From assembly GCF_963853765.1 (NCBI RefSeq), contig NC_088857.1, forward strand, positions 46,562,001-46,626,000: a stretch of DNA of 64,000 nucleotides. The letters are read 5' to 3'. Origin of the DNA: Magallana gigas (Eukaryota). The notes beneath the pieces are model-generated. The model was given only the letters and a program-made list of their open reading frames with translations. It searched no databases and was not told the origin of the DNA. The translations under genes were made by a program, and so were the position numbers. Shown here piece after piece: positions 39,726 through 50,426 of the stretch. Numbering within the stretch: position 1 is the first letter of the stretch; the number at the start of each line of letters is the position of its first letter.

Positions 39726-40472
39726 GAGCGGTTGTGTGCTAGCTATTAACCATCACTACGAAAGCCTTTTAGCATCATTTCTATTTTTACAGGCTAAATA
39801 ATGCTATGTTTCTTCGGGGAAGTATAGGGGCCTAATTATTAACCCGGTTTATGTTATAACTTAAACCTTGGTATTCTTTTTGTCGTCTTGCCAATATATA
39901 AAACATATTGTATTTTCTTTATGCTGTATTGCATTTATACATGTAAAAAGAAATTTTGACATAGAACAATAAATTTTCATGCATATAATGGTTATAATGT
40001 TCAGTGACATGAATATGTTTCATGTTTCCGATGTATTGAAAAAAAATGTTGTCGAATTCACTTTTAAAAGAAAACATTTCTTTCAAATGTTTTTTTGCAC
40101 TTTTTTCACGCGCAACACGGTTATCAGCTTGTAAAAAACTTGCTGAATTCCCAATTAAATCACTTTGAATTCGAGAGCGCTGGCTAAACATGCAGGATTA
40201 CTCTCGTCTTTATGTGGCCTGGGTACTCTACATATGCACCTTAGAAGGGACACCACCGACTGAGTTTTTTTCGCTAAAGAATTACATATGGATGTTTAAT
40301 TTATTTGTTTCATTAGGTTTAGTATGCATTACCTGCCAAAACACTTTACTGATAATAGTGAAAACGAAAGTAGGCGTAAAAAGTATAAGTAAGGTAAAAC
40401 TAAACGAAAACATGCCATACTACGATCACGGTTGACAGTACTTGGTGGTATATATTTACACTTCACAGAGCA

Positions 40473-40572
40473 GGGGCCCGTTTAACAAAGATTTGTAAGT
40501 CATAAGTCATAATTAAGTCTTAAATATTCCTAACTTACGACAAAGCGTAAGACCGTTTTATGAAACGGGCCC
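40473..40572. mobile_element. Short MITE with GGGCCCGTTT TIRs (possibly PIF/Harbinger-type)
   Basis: gggcccgttt...aaacgggccc, 100 bp; TSD not clear. Confidence 0.55.
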
Positions 40573-41349
40573 TATCTGCATGTCGTAACTCCTAAATCGC
40601 AAATTTCCTCGTAACTTGTTGAATAATCATGTTGATGAATGGATGCGGGGGGGGGGGGGGGGGTGTAGCTATATAGAAAGTTACGTCTCCACAGGGGATT
40701 AATTGATAATGCGCAAGCAATATGTACGATTGAGACAAAGAACCCGCCATGTTTATTCATTGAATTTCATAATTAGTCAATATTTCGTCCACCACTAGAT
40801 AGTTATTAAGGGATCCTTATTATTTGACGTCACGGGCAAGACATTTACAATACCGGTATACTGTTATACATTGAGTCTCCGTCTGAAAAGTAATAACCAC
40901 TTTACGATTACATCGCTTGTGAATCCCAAACATCATTAATATTTATCAGACACATGCATATTAATACTTGTTGTGCATTTGACGTAATCAAAATTTACGA
41001 GAAGAGTGATTTTTCATTAATATGTATAGTTCCATTTATAGTATATTTTATAATTGTAAATAATTTTTTTATTTATAATGTATTATGAATCCTAAACGAA
41101 TATCACAAATTCCGCCGCTAGATGGTGTCCGTCGAATCCACCAAGTTCATTATCGACGTCACATGCAAGCTGACCGGTAGCAATAGAGGAGGCTCATAGA
41201 TCCTCCGTCTAAAAAGGACCTACCCTGTTTAACATGGTTTAAGCTATATTCAACATATATAAATCAGTTGATTTTGTTTGAAGGTGAAGGTTCCAGTGTC
41301 TGCATTAAATAAACTGTATCTTAATACGTTTTTAGAATACTTAGGTACA

Positions 41350-41376
41350 CTAGATGATAGCCCGTGCAAGCGCGGG
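41350..41376 (-). mobile_element. Helitron-like 3' terminus
   Basis: Minus strand reads CCCGCGC-TT-GCACGGG hairpin, a short spacer, then CTAG followed by T. The 5' end is not identified. Confidence 0.55.
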
Positions 41377-41989
41377 AAAATAACACTTTACACAAGTAAT
41401 GGCCTTTGTATGTTGAACCATATCTTTTTGTATATACTGTGACCGGGTTTTCTTCCTTAACCAATTTTTAGAACTGATATATATGAATAAACTATTTGGA
41501 TATTTGTACATGCAGGAGCAGTCAGGAATGAAAATCTGTTAATTTATATTAATCATATTTGAGTTAATTTTTTTTATTTGCAGCTGAATAAAAAATTACA
41601 AACTTTTTTTTAGTGTTTCGACTGTTCTGTTTGCAGGTAATTGGAACAGGTTTTTTTATGAAAACACTAATAAATCTTTAATATATATACATCTTTGCCT
41701 ACTAAAAAGTCAATGATTTCAAAACATTATTCACATTTTTCTACCGCTTCTTTATATCATGATACTTAATAGATAGTTTAACATTATAATGTTTATTTAG
41801 TCAATTATTCATGCAAGGGGTACTCTGATTGGGGATTAGCTACATTAACAACATTATAAGTTTAAAACATTATTAAAGTCTTTTTTTTTTTTTTTTTTTA
41901 GTTTACAAAATTTAATACATGACAACTTGTTTTTATGTAATAAAATTGAAGTTTAGACAACAATACATCGTGAAACGTGAATAAACAAC

Positions 41990-42082
41990 AAATATTTTGT
42001 CGATCTCTGTCTGACATTTTGCCGATGTTTCCGGAAGCCTAGACATTAAGCACAAAAACCAATTGAGTTATTTCTACACCAG
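41990..42082 (-). pseudogene. CYP pseudogene remnant: exon 8 (I-helix)
   Basis: ag|CTGGTGTAGAAATAAC..TGGTTTTTGTGCTTAATGTCTAGGCTTCCGGAAACATCGGCAAAATGTCAGACAGAGATCGAC; homologous to exon 8 with an internal deletion. Confidence 0.8.
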
Positions 42083-42455
42083 CTATAAGAAAAGAAAATT
42101 AATTCTGCATACAGCTACAAATGTCTTTAATAAAACTTGAGAGTTTTTAAATAAAATAGTATATCGATAGCTTTTAATTTAAAAAAAGACTTAAACACAG
42201 CAACCTTGTCAATGAAGTTTGAGTATGGGAAGGTTGATCCCAGAAATTCGAAGGAACCTGGCCGATTTACAATTTTTGGTTAATATTTAAACCTTTAATT
42301 GTATGATATAACACTTTTCATGTGCACTTTCATTTTGTTACCCAGCATATGAATTCTCATGCATTCAAACACTTGGGGAACAACTCTGTCTTACTTGGGT
42401 CGAATGTTTGTAGGTGCTATTTCATGAGTTTGTACATAATAGAAAGCACCCTATC

Positions 42456-42651
42456 TTTCGCGATTGTATAGTGGTCTTTGAGTCAGATAGAACGAAAACA
42501 CATCTGAACGCTTTGACTGGTTTATCTAGACTGATCTGAACATAAACATATTATTGTAACGTTACCATGACGTCATATTATGATGACGTCATAATAGCAA
42601 TGTCTCACAACGTCACATGCACCTTGGCGTCGTATAAGATATTTACCAACT
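42456..42651 (-). repeat. 3' LTR of the Bel/Pao element
   Basis: Direct repeat of 47953-48148; both terminal dinucleotides altered (AG...AA instead of TG...CA). Confidence 0.95.
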
Positions 42652-42741
42652 TACTCCGGGCCGCAAAATGTACAAATTAAATCACAATGTAAAAAAACAT
42701 TAAAAGTTCATAATAGGTTCGCGTTGTGTTTAAAAAATTAA

Positions 42742-44560
42742 TTAGAAAGTCTTTGACTTCTCCTCAGCTCTGGCTAACTTCATGAGTGAACTCTTATCTT
42801 CAAGTTTCAGTATTGACTGTATACTTTCAGTCTTGATGTCTACAGTATCTTGAATCTTCGTTTGATGACTCGTATCACTCTCTTCTTCTGTGCTTGTGGA
42901 ACATAATATTGCCTTTGTTGGTCCATCCCATACAGGCCATTTTTGGGGTTCCATTAACCATTCTGGTCTATTCCACCAGAGGGCATCCTCTTTGAATTTC
43001 TTGAGAGCAATTCCTCGTGTGAGATAGTCAGCAGGATTACAGAATGTTGGACAATACTGCCATGTTGAAGATTCGCTGATCTCCCGAATTTCATTTACTC
43101 GGTTTGCTACAAATCTGTTTGCCGTTTTCTGTGAAATGATCCAGTGAAATACAATTTCACTGTCACACCAAAAGTAGATTTTGTTAACTCCAGTTATTTC
43201 TTTTACATGTTTTCCCAATCTTGCTCCAATAAGCGCTCCCATGAGTTCTAGTCTTGGAAGTGTGATCTGCTTGATTGGTGGCACTCGATTTTTGGCCATA
43301 AGTAATGTTATCTTGTTCTTTGATAACAAATAGACACATGCACCATATGCTTGCTGACTTGCATCGGAGAAAACGTGCAATGAATCACAACTACAATCAA
43401 TTGATGAACTGTTATTTCTGTTTATTCTGATGTCCAGTGCATCATAAATTTCTGATGAGATTTCTCTCCATGTAGTCTGCATAGACTTAGGCAGTTTTTC
43501 ATCCCATTTCAAATTATCTTTCCATAACTCTTGCATGAAAATCTTCGCCTTCACAGAAATAGGACTTAATAATCCAAGTGGATCAAACACCTTTGATGTT
43601 TCTCTCAATACTTCTCGCTTTGTAGTCACACGATCCTTCTTTTGTCCAGTATCATTCTTTGCATATTGGAGAGTATCTTCTTGTGGATTCCGTTTCATTC
43701 CAAGAACTTTAACGACAGAGTCTTCATCCGCTGTTTTTTCTGCTTTAGACAAGTTTTGTAGCATCTCACTGTTGGAGCTCCAGGAACGAAGATTAAAACC
43801 TCCTGCTGCAAGTAAGGTTCTTGATTCTTTGTAGAATTTCAAAGCTGTTTCCTCACTCTGGAAGCTGGCTAAAACATTGTCAACATAGATATTTTGTTCA
43901 AGAAGAGATGAAATTTCATTTGCATTCTCTTGAAAATGTTTTATCAGAGTAGCGCTGAGGATAAAAGGTGAACAGGTGGACAGATCGAAAGCGGTAAGTT
44001 GTCAATGGACTCAATGCATTACCGGGATCACTAAGCCAAAGGAATCGTGTTGAATCACGGTCTTTCTGGTGAAGCTCAATTTGAAGGAAGGCCTTTTCAA
44101 TATCTGCTGTTACTGCAAACTTGTTCAGTCTGAATCTGGTCAATATTGACGTGATGTCATTCATCATAGGGGAGTATGGCTCTATGCAGTCGTTTAGACT
44201 AACATGTCCAGTTTTGTCCTTGCAGCTACAACCGTACACAATTCTAATCGGGGTTGTAGTGCTGTCCTTTTTCACAGGGTGATGAGGGATATAATGGACT
44301 CTATTTCCTGAATTTTCTGGATCTTCAACTTTCTCAATAAATCCTTTGTTTGCTTGATCCTGTATTATCTCACTGTACAGCTTTAACATTTTAGGATCCT
44401 TTGCTAATCTCTGAATAACATTTTCTGTTCTTCTTTTCACAATCTCGTAGTTTGTAGGTAAGCAGGGATAGTTTTCTTTCCAGGGGATTTTAGCAACATA
44501 ATGACCATCCTCTTTATCGATTGATGTAGCAGCATAATTCAAGAGTTTCTCCTTGCCTTT
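42742..44560 (-). pseudogene. Bel/Pao pol remnant: RT and RNase H, no integrase
   Basis: YIPHHPVKK, SLND, ADIEKAFLQI, RFLW, a frameshifting deletion near 43980, then YVDN, GGFNLRSW, VFSDASQQAYG, TLPRLEL, NPADYLTRG; ends KSSLMKLARAEEKSKTF*. Confidence 0.92.
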
Positions 44561-44565
44561 TATTA

Positions 44566-45587
44566 CTAAAACCGATTTGGTTTGACTTTTCCGATCGCGT
44601 CGCGTTCAACTTGTTCAGCTACGTCATACATAAACAATACCCGCACCTTAACCACAGTTTTTTTTATTGGTGGATTCAGCTTACTGCTGATTGGCTGCTG
44701 GTTAACTAAGACTAAATTATGCACGGACAGAACAACAACATATCAGAGAATGAAAAACTCACATGGGTACTCGTGACTGTCAAAATTGGGCTATTTTTCG
44801 AAAGTGTACACTTGTGATAAAACAATACATACGGTACATAACATATATAGCTGTAGCTCTGTGTATAAATTTTGGGTTAGAAAATATAAAGCTACAGTGC
44901 ATACAATACTTACATGTACAAAAAAAACTTTACGGCAATTTGCCGCGTATAAAAATAACACTATTTTTAAAAAATATTTACATCATACCATACCACATTT
45001 TGTGCAAATAATCCATTTAAATAATTCTTCATTTAGTTTACTACTGTTAATAATTGTAGCTTTACCCGCCCCAAACTTTCTCCTATTAAACAACCTTTAA
45101 CCGTACTCGGAAAGCGGATCAAGAACTGTATTTTTTATGTATGTAAACAAACCAGTGTTCATGTATGGAGCGGGTGATCGGGGGTTCAGAGACAGGTAAA
45201 ATAAAGAAATCTGCAGTAAATGGTTTGTGGATATTTTAGTATATATATTTACACCGAAAGTGATAGGGCAACAGAAGAGAAACGAATCGGACACTTGCCT
45301 AATGAAGACGCACATGTACAAACCTCCTTGCACTCTCCACTTCCGTCTCGTTCTTTCACACCATCGTTCAATACTTTTATTGACTGTCGATTGCCGATCG
45401 AAAGGTGTAGAAATCGAGGAATTCATACCTATCACTTTGACTGGCAAGTTAGTAGGTAATACATGTGCATTATACATTAACGGTATTTACATGAAATCAT
45501 CGCTTAGCACATGCAACTTTTAAATATTATATTTTTTATAACGCCGTACTCTGGACCGTAGCTTGAGGCTATGGTTTAACGCCCGTT

Positions 45588-45657
<70 letters not shown>

Positions 45658-45898
45658 AGCACAGAATTTAAACAAACGGGATAGTCGCTTTTGAATGAAT
45701 AATATTGGGGGGAAATAAACTGTTCTGAGAAATCCTTCAGCTCTGGCATTGCATAAGCGTATACTGATAACTCGGCCTAAAAATAGGAGTTAACCAATCA
45801 TATAGTTTTCACACCGGCGGCGTGTACAATTTATGCATGACGTAGCTGACAGAAATGATCGTGACGCTATAGGAAAAGTCAAACCAAATCGGTTTTGA
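44566..45898. mobile_element. Non-autonomous TIR element (1.33 kb, TA TSD) nested in the Bel/Pao pol
   Basis: About 70-bp imperfect TIRs beginning AAAACCGATTTGGTTTGACTTTTCC; TA at 44564-44565 and 45899-45900. Removing the element plus one TA restores the pol frame (DDHSEEILIKGKEKLLNYAATSI). Confidence 0.88.
45592..45654. repeat. (GA)n microsatellite within the nested element
   Basis: GA run. Confidence 0.95.
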
Positions 45899-47926
45899 TA
45901 ATATCTCTTCACTGTGATCATCAATTCCCATGGATTCAATTTTCCAGAATTTTTCCAGGTCAACCTCTTCCACTTTATGATCTGCCAAAATATGGAACAT
46001 CCCTGAATGCTGTTTTCCAGATGAGTGGATAGGTCCAGATATAAGATATCCAACCTTTGATTCGACCGCTGTGGGTCCATTTCCTCTGATGATTCTGTCT
46101 CCTACTATGCTCCAATAGTAGTCTGCACCAATTAGCATTGAAATATGGAACTGCTCATCTGAGCTGACTGGGTGTGCCAATTTCAATCCCTTTAGGTATG
46201 AGAGTTCCCTGATATTGACACGTGCTCTGTTGAAGATTGGAGCTGCTATTGTTGGAATGATGATGACCTCCATTGGAATTTTCTCTCCGGTTTGTGTTTC
46301 TAGTTGAACTGTAGCTTTCTCTAGGTTATGAACTTCACTGTTCTTGTCTCCAAATGCTGAAATCTTTAGAGTGATAAATCCCGTTGATTTTATGTCAAGT
46401 TTCTGTGCTAACTCCTCAGTTATAAATGAGTTTTTGAGCTCCTTCATCTAGCAATACATTGCAGTTGACTTCTTGATTTCTATACCAAATTGGTGTCACA
46501 GCAGTTTTTAGCAGCACTTCAGTGTTGGCTCTAACATGTGATGAAGAGTGAAGCTGGAATGACTGCTCTCGTTGATGTGGCTGTTTGAATTGTGTGCTCT
46601 CGGAATTAACAGCTCTCTCTGAAGTACTTCGTGGGAATTGAGAATTGCGGCAAATACTAGTATGATGAAACTTTTTGCAATTCCTACACTTGAAATGCGA
46701 CTGACATTCGCTTACTTTGTGTTTTCTAAAGCAATTAAAGCAGACTTTCTTCTGTTTGACGATTGATATCCTTTCTTCATAATCAGTGATGACATGGCAA
46801 GCCGCTGGCGAGTGTTTTCCATTACAAAACAAGCATTGCTTTACCGTAGTTCCTTGCTTGATGGTTTTCTTATGGTTTGCTCCTGTAACAAGTTAGCAGT
46901 TGGGTTGAACTCCTGTGATTCTTGGTTAGATCTTGTATTGCTAGCATTTCCAGCATCCTGAACGCAAAGTTCCTTCTTTATTGCTCTCCTCACTGAGTTT
47001 AAATCCCAGTTGTCATCTCCTTTGTCCCGAGTAATGTTCTTCCGAATGTCTGCTGGGAGCTTGTTGTAAATCATGGGTGTTAGAATCGTCCCATACGTGG
47101 TTTCCTCAGTGCCCAAGGACTCCAAACCTCTAATGCAGCACTCCATTTTGTCATAAAAAATTCTCAAACAATCTGGATTAGACTTTGGTAGTTGTATGTT
47201 GATAAGAGCCTGTATGTGCGCATTGACGATTTTATGATTTTGGCCATATCTTTCAAATAAGACATCTATTGCCTGTCTGTAGTTTGTATTGGTCAAACTA
47301 AATCCTGAGATAACACGAAGTGCTTCTCCACACAACAATGACCGAAGGTAGCTAAATTTTTCTACATCAGATAAAGTGTTGTTTCTATGGATACTTGTAT
47401 TGTAACAATCCCAAAATGTTTCCCATTCAAGAAGATTTCCCTCAAAAATTGGTAGATTGAGTTTCGGTAACTTATGGGAGTATGCTGAGTGAGTAGCACC
47501 ACTATTGGATTTTGGATTCAAATTGAGGCTTGTAACGGTCTGCTGAGAAAAATCATGCGTCGAATGAGCATTCTCTTCGATTTGAAGATTTTCATTGTGA
47601 TCCAAATACTGGTAACTGCTGGCAGTTGCATTTAAAGTCGATCCTTGTACTAAGAGATGTTTTTTGATTTTCTTAATTTTTGACTCTATATTAAATTTGT
47701 ACTCATCTGCCTCAAGGATTTCCTTTTCCACATCCTCTTCAACTGTATCTTCTAGAATTCTGTCATCTAGATTCCTAAGAATTTCTTGCTTCTCCTTTAG
47801 TGTTGATACTATAGTCTCTATATCCTCTGTATTGTTTTCCTCTAAAAATGATTCTTCCAATTTTCTAAAAAGTCTTGTTACAGCACTTCTTTGTCCTGAA
47901 CGAACTGCTCTAAGTTTAGAAGTCAT
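45899..47926 (-). pseudogene. Bel/Pao gag-protease remnant
   Basis: KLPKLNLPIFEGNLLEWETFWD, LSDVEKFSYL, Cys/His knuckles (CLFCNGKH..C; CFNC..H....C), protease LLDEGAQ, YLISGP, LEKFWKIE; 1-nt frameshifts near 46890 and 46430. Confidence 0.92.
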
Positions 47927-47952
47927 CTCTCCGTTTGGTCACGGCACCAAAA

Positions 47953-48148
47953 TGTCGCGATTGTATAGTGGTCTTTGAGTCAGATAGAACGAAAACACAT
48001 CTGAACGCTTTGACTGGTTTATCTAGACTGATGTGAACATAAACATATTATTGTAACGTTACCATGACGTCATATTATGATGACGTCATAATAGCAATGT
48101 CTCACAACGTCACATGCACCTTGGCGTCGTATAAGATATTTACCAACA
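47953..48148 (-). repeat. 5' LTR of the Bel/Pao element
   Basis: TGTTGG...GCGACA on the minus strand, followed by the PBS. Confidence 0.95.
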
Positions 48149-48694
48149 CTATCTAAAGCTTCCTTGATGATGACGTATCGTCTGAACGGTTACATGTCCA
48201 TTGAAAAAGGCTGGAATAGAAAGAAATCTTCCCGTAGATCGTTCTCTATAGCTTTGATCATAAAGTCTTTTTCTCGGAGAAGGAACTCCACATCTGGGCC
48301 ATCAATCATTCTATTTTGAAGGAATTTAAGAGGTTTTTCAGTAATTTACTATAACCTGTGGCAGTCTTTAGGCAAATTACATTGTTAAGTAATGCATTAC
48401 ATTGCCATAACTTGATGATTTTTGGCAATAAAAGACCATTACCATTACTAAATTTTATTAATAAATTTGAAGTAATGCATTTCATTACTATGACATGAGT
48501 ATTTTAATGCATTACCATTAAAGATTTGCAATCTTTAATCTCTTTCTTCAATAAAACGTTATTTACTTTGATGTGAGTTAATAAAAGATAATTATAAAAT
48601 ATCATTAACATAATGCAACGTAAAACCGTTTGGAAGGTTTGAATTTTTTAACCAGAAACCTCAATATTTATGTATCATTCTTAAACTACCATTT

Positions 48695-48838
48695 GTAAGT
48701 CAAAAGGACATTCAAATCCAAAAGTATTACGATATACATCAACAAAGTTTGGGTTCGGGCCTTCGAAAGTGATATTTCACACCGTTGAAGAAGATGGTCG
48801 CCCATAATCAAAATTGTTGGCTTTGCAATAGATCCTCC
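48695..48838 (-). pseudogene. CYP pseudogene remnant: 3' part of another exon 10
   Basis: aaagtattacgatatacatcaacaaagtttgggttcgggccttcgaaagtgatatttcacaccgttgaagaagatgg..ttgcaatagatcctcc aligns by eye with about 30885-31030 of copy A. Confidence 0.75.
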
Positions 48839-48839
48839 T

Positions 48840-49235
48840 GATTTGAAAAAACTGGAATGCACCTAAGGATGCTCCCACACAAGTTTACAGTTTTTTCTGG
48901 CCGACTGGTTTTAAAAAAGATGATCTTAAAAGATTTTTATCTATGTATTCCTATGTAAAAATGTGATCCATCACATTGTTGTCCTACCCAGGGATCATGA
49001 TTTTAACAACCTTGAATCTACACTATCTGAGGATGCTTCCACATAAGTAGCTTTTCTGGCCGATCGGTTTTTGAGAAGATACCAACAAAATTTCAATAAT
49101 TCTTAATTATCTCCCTTGAAAAAAAAACTCAACAGACTTGAATACCCTTTACCTAAGGATGCTATGTGCCAGGTTTTGTTGAAATCGGCCATGTGGGTTT
49201 GGGGAAGTCGAAAGAGAAAAAAGTTACAGACGTTT
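48840..49235. repeat. Degenerate Cg170-like / Helitron-associated oyster repeat
   Basis: Three recurrences of (ct)aaggatgct and the segment ttatctcccttgaa..cttgaataccctttacctaaggatgctatgtgccaggttttgttgaaatcggcc. Similarity to the C. gigas 166-bp satellite is from memory. Confidence 0.6.
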
Positions 49236-49504
49236 ATAACCTTAATATTTAAAATTCGTGATTGATATGTTTGATTTTCTTTTGATTGCACGGATTAAGA
49301 CGTGTTCTTTCATATGTTAATGATGATATAAAACATCCATACGTCTGCAATGTTTATTTTATACCACTATTATTAATTCATAATAAAGATCGCGTTGACA
49401 GGATTTCTGGCCTTTTCCCGCATATAAAACCTACCTATGCGAATTTTACGAAATAATAAAACGAAACATATAATTGAAAAGCCCACAAATTAGTTTGATA
49501 TTAA

Positions 49505-50375
49505 GGACGTTGTTTACTCAGGGTTTGAGTTCTCAAATCCGGATTGTTAAGAAGTTCAATTTCATGAGTAAAATTTGTTTTAAATACAAAAAGCATTTAT
49601 GAAATGAATTATTGACATAACAATCGATATGTTTACCAAATTATGGAATTAGGCTCTGACAAATTTTGACTTTAAGCAAAACAGAGGAAATTCGGGCTTA
49701 ATTTTTCAGAATTTGTTTTCCACTGAAATATTTTTGGTAGTACTATAATATTTAAAGTTAAGATTTTATCTGTTAGTCAACATAATTTTGCATATTTTCT
49801 GTTGGTTTTATCTTGCTTTTTCGTTTAGATAATCGTATGGCACACACTACAAAAATATTGAAAAATACTTAAAAATGATAAAAGACACCATATCTCAAAA
49901 TTTTTATCATTCACCTCATATACATTTTATGCCAGCAGAAAAAGGTCAATACACTTAGTTTAATACTATAAATGTTTTAGCATTATCATTATTCAGTTTT
50001 TTGTTATATTGAATCAAAAATGGGTAGTAATTTGAAAACTGATAGAGGAAATTCGGACTAGAATATCTATAAAAATTGTGAATGAAAACTTAATGCTTTG
50101 TATCCATTTAATGTCACTACCATTCATATACTGTATTTCATTTGTTAAAGAGTTAAGCAATTTGTATTATTTTCACAATTAAGAAAATCTCAATCATAGT
50201 GTAAAATTTTTATGGATTTTTCTTAAATTTTCAAAAAATATTCAATGGACATTAACTCAAAAAGTAGGTCATTGAAAGTGAAGAATAACACTACTATGTA
50301 AGGTCTATAACGCACAGTAGATGGTTTGTCATTATCATCAGTGGAATTTTTTTTCATTCTGAGTAAACGTCATCC
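49505..50375. mobile_element. Non-autonomous TIR element with TTAA TSD (Kolobok-like), in the 3' UTR/flank of CYP copy B
   Basis: TTAA|GGACGTTGTTTACTCAG ... CTGAGTAAACGTCATCC|TTAA; absent from the homologous flank of copy A. Confidence 0.8.
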
Positions 50376-50426
50376 TTAAGATAAATATCTGAATTTTTTA
50401 TAAGAAGAGGAACGTCATTGATATTT

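Larger units (their letters stand above)
42456..48148 (-). mobile_element. Bel/Pao LTR retrotransposon, defective (frameshifts, nested insertion, integrase absent)
   Basis: 196-bp LTRs with 3 mismatches; 5-bp TSD CTATC (42451-42455, 48149-48153); PBS TGGTGCCGTGACC (47937-47949, matching the tRNA-His 3' end); PPT-like GCGGCCCGGAGTA (42652-42664); Gag, protease, RT and RNase H motifs as listed in the two coding entries. Confidence 0.96.
42395..48310 (-). pseudogene. CYP pseudogene remnant: exon 6, split by the Bel/Pao insertion (halves 48149-48310 and 42395-42455)
   Basis: GPDVEFLLREKDFMIKAIENDLRED.. on the right side and ..FDP|gtaag on the left. The halves join through the CTATC TSD; the exon has an internal TAA and indels. 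Confidence 0.85.

Noticed and set aside
45097-45523. ORFs of 79-126 aa inside the nested TIR element, as a possible transposase or cargo gene
   Set aside because: No DDE/D or other recognisable motif, and overlapping short ORFs on both strands look like chance.
46416-46900. Programmed gag-pol ribosomal frameshift
   Set aside because: Both frame changes are explained by single-base indels that break otherwise continuous Bel/Pao motifs.
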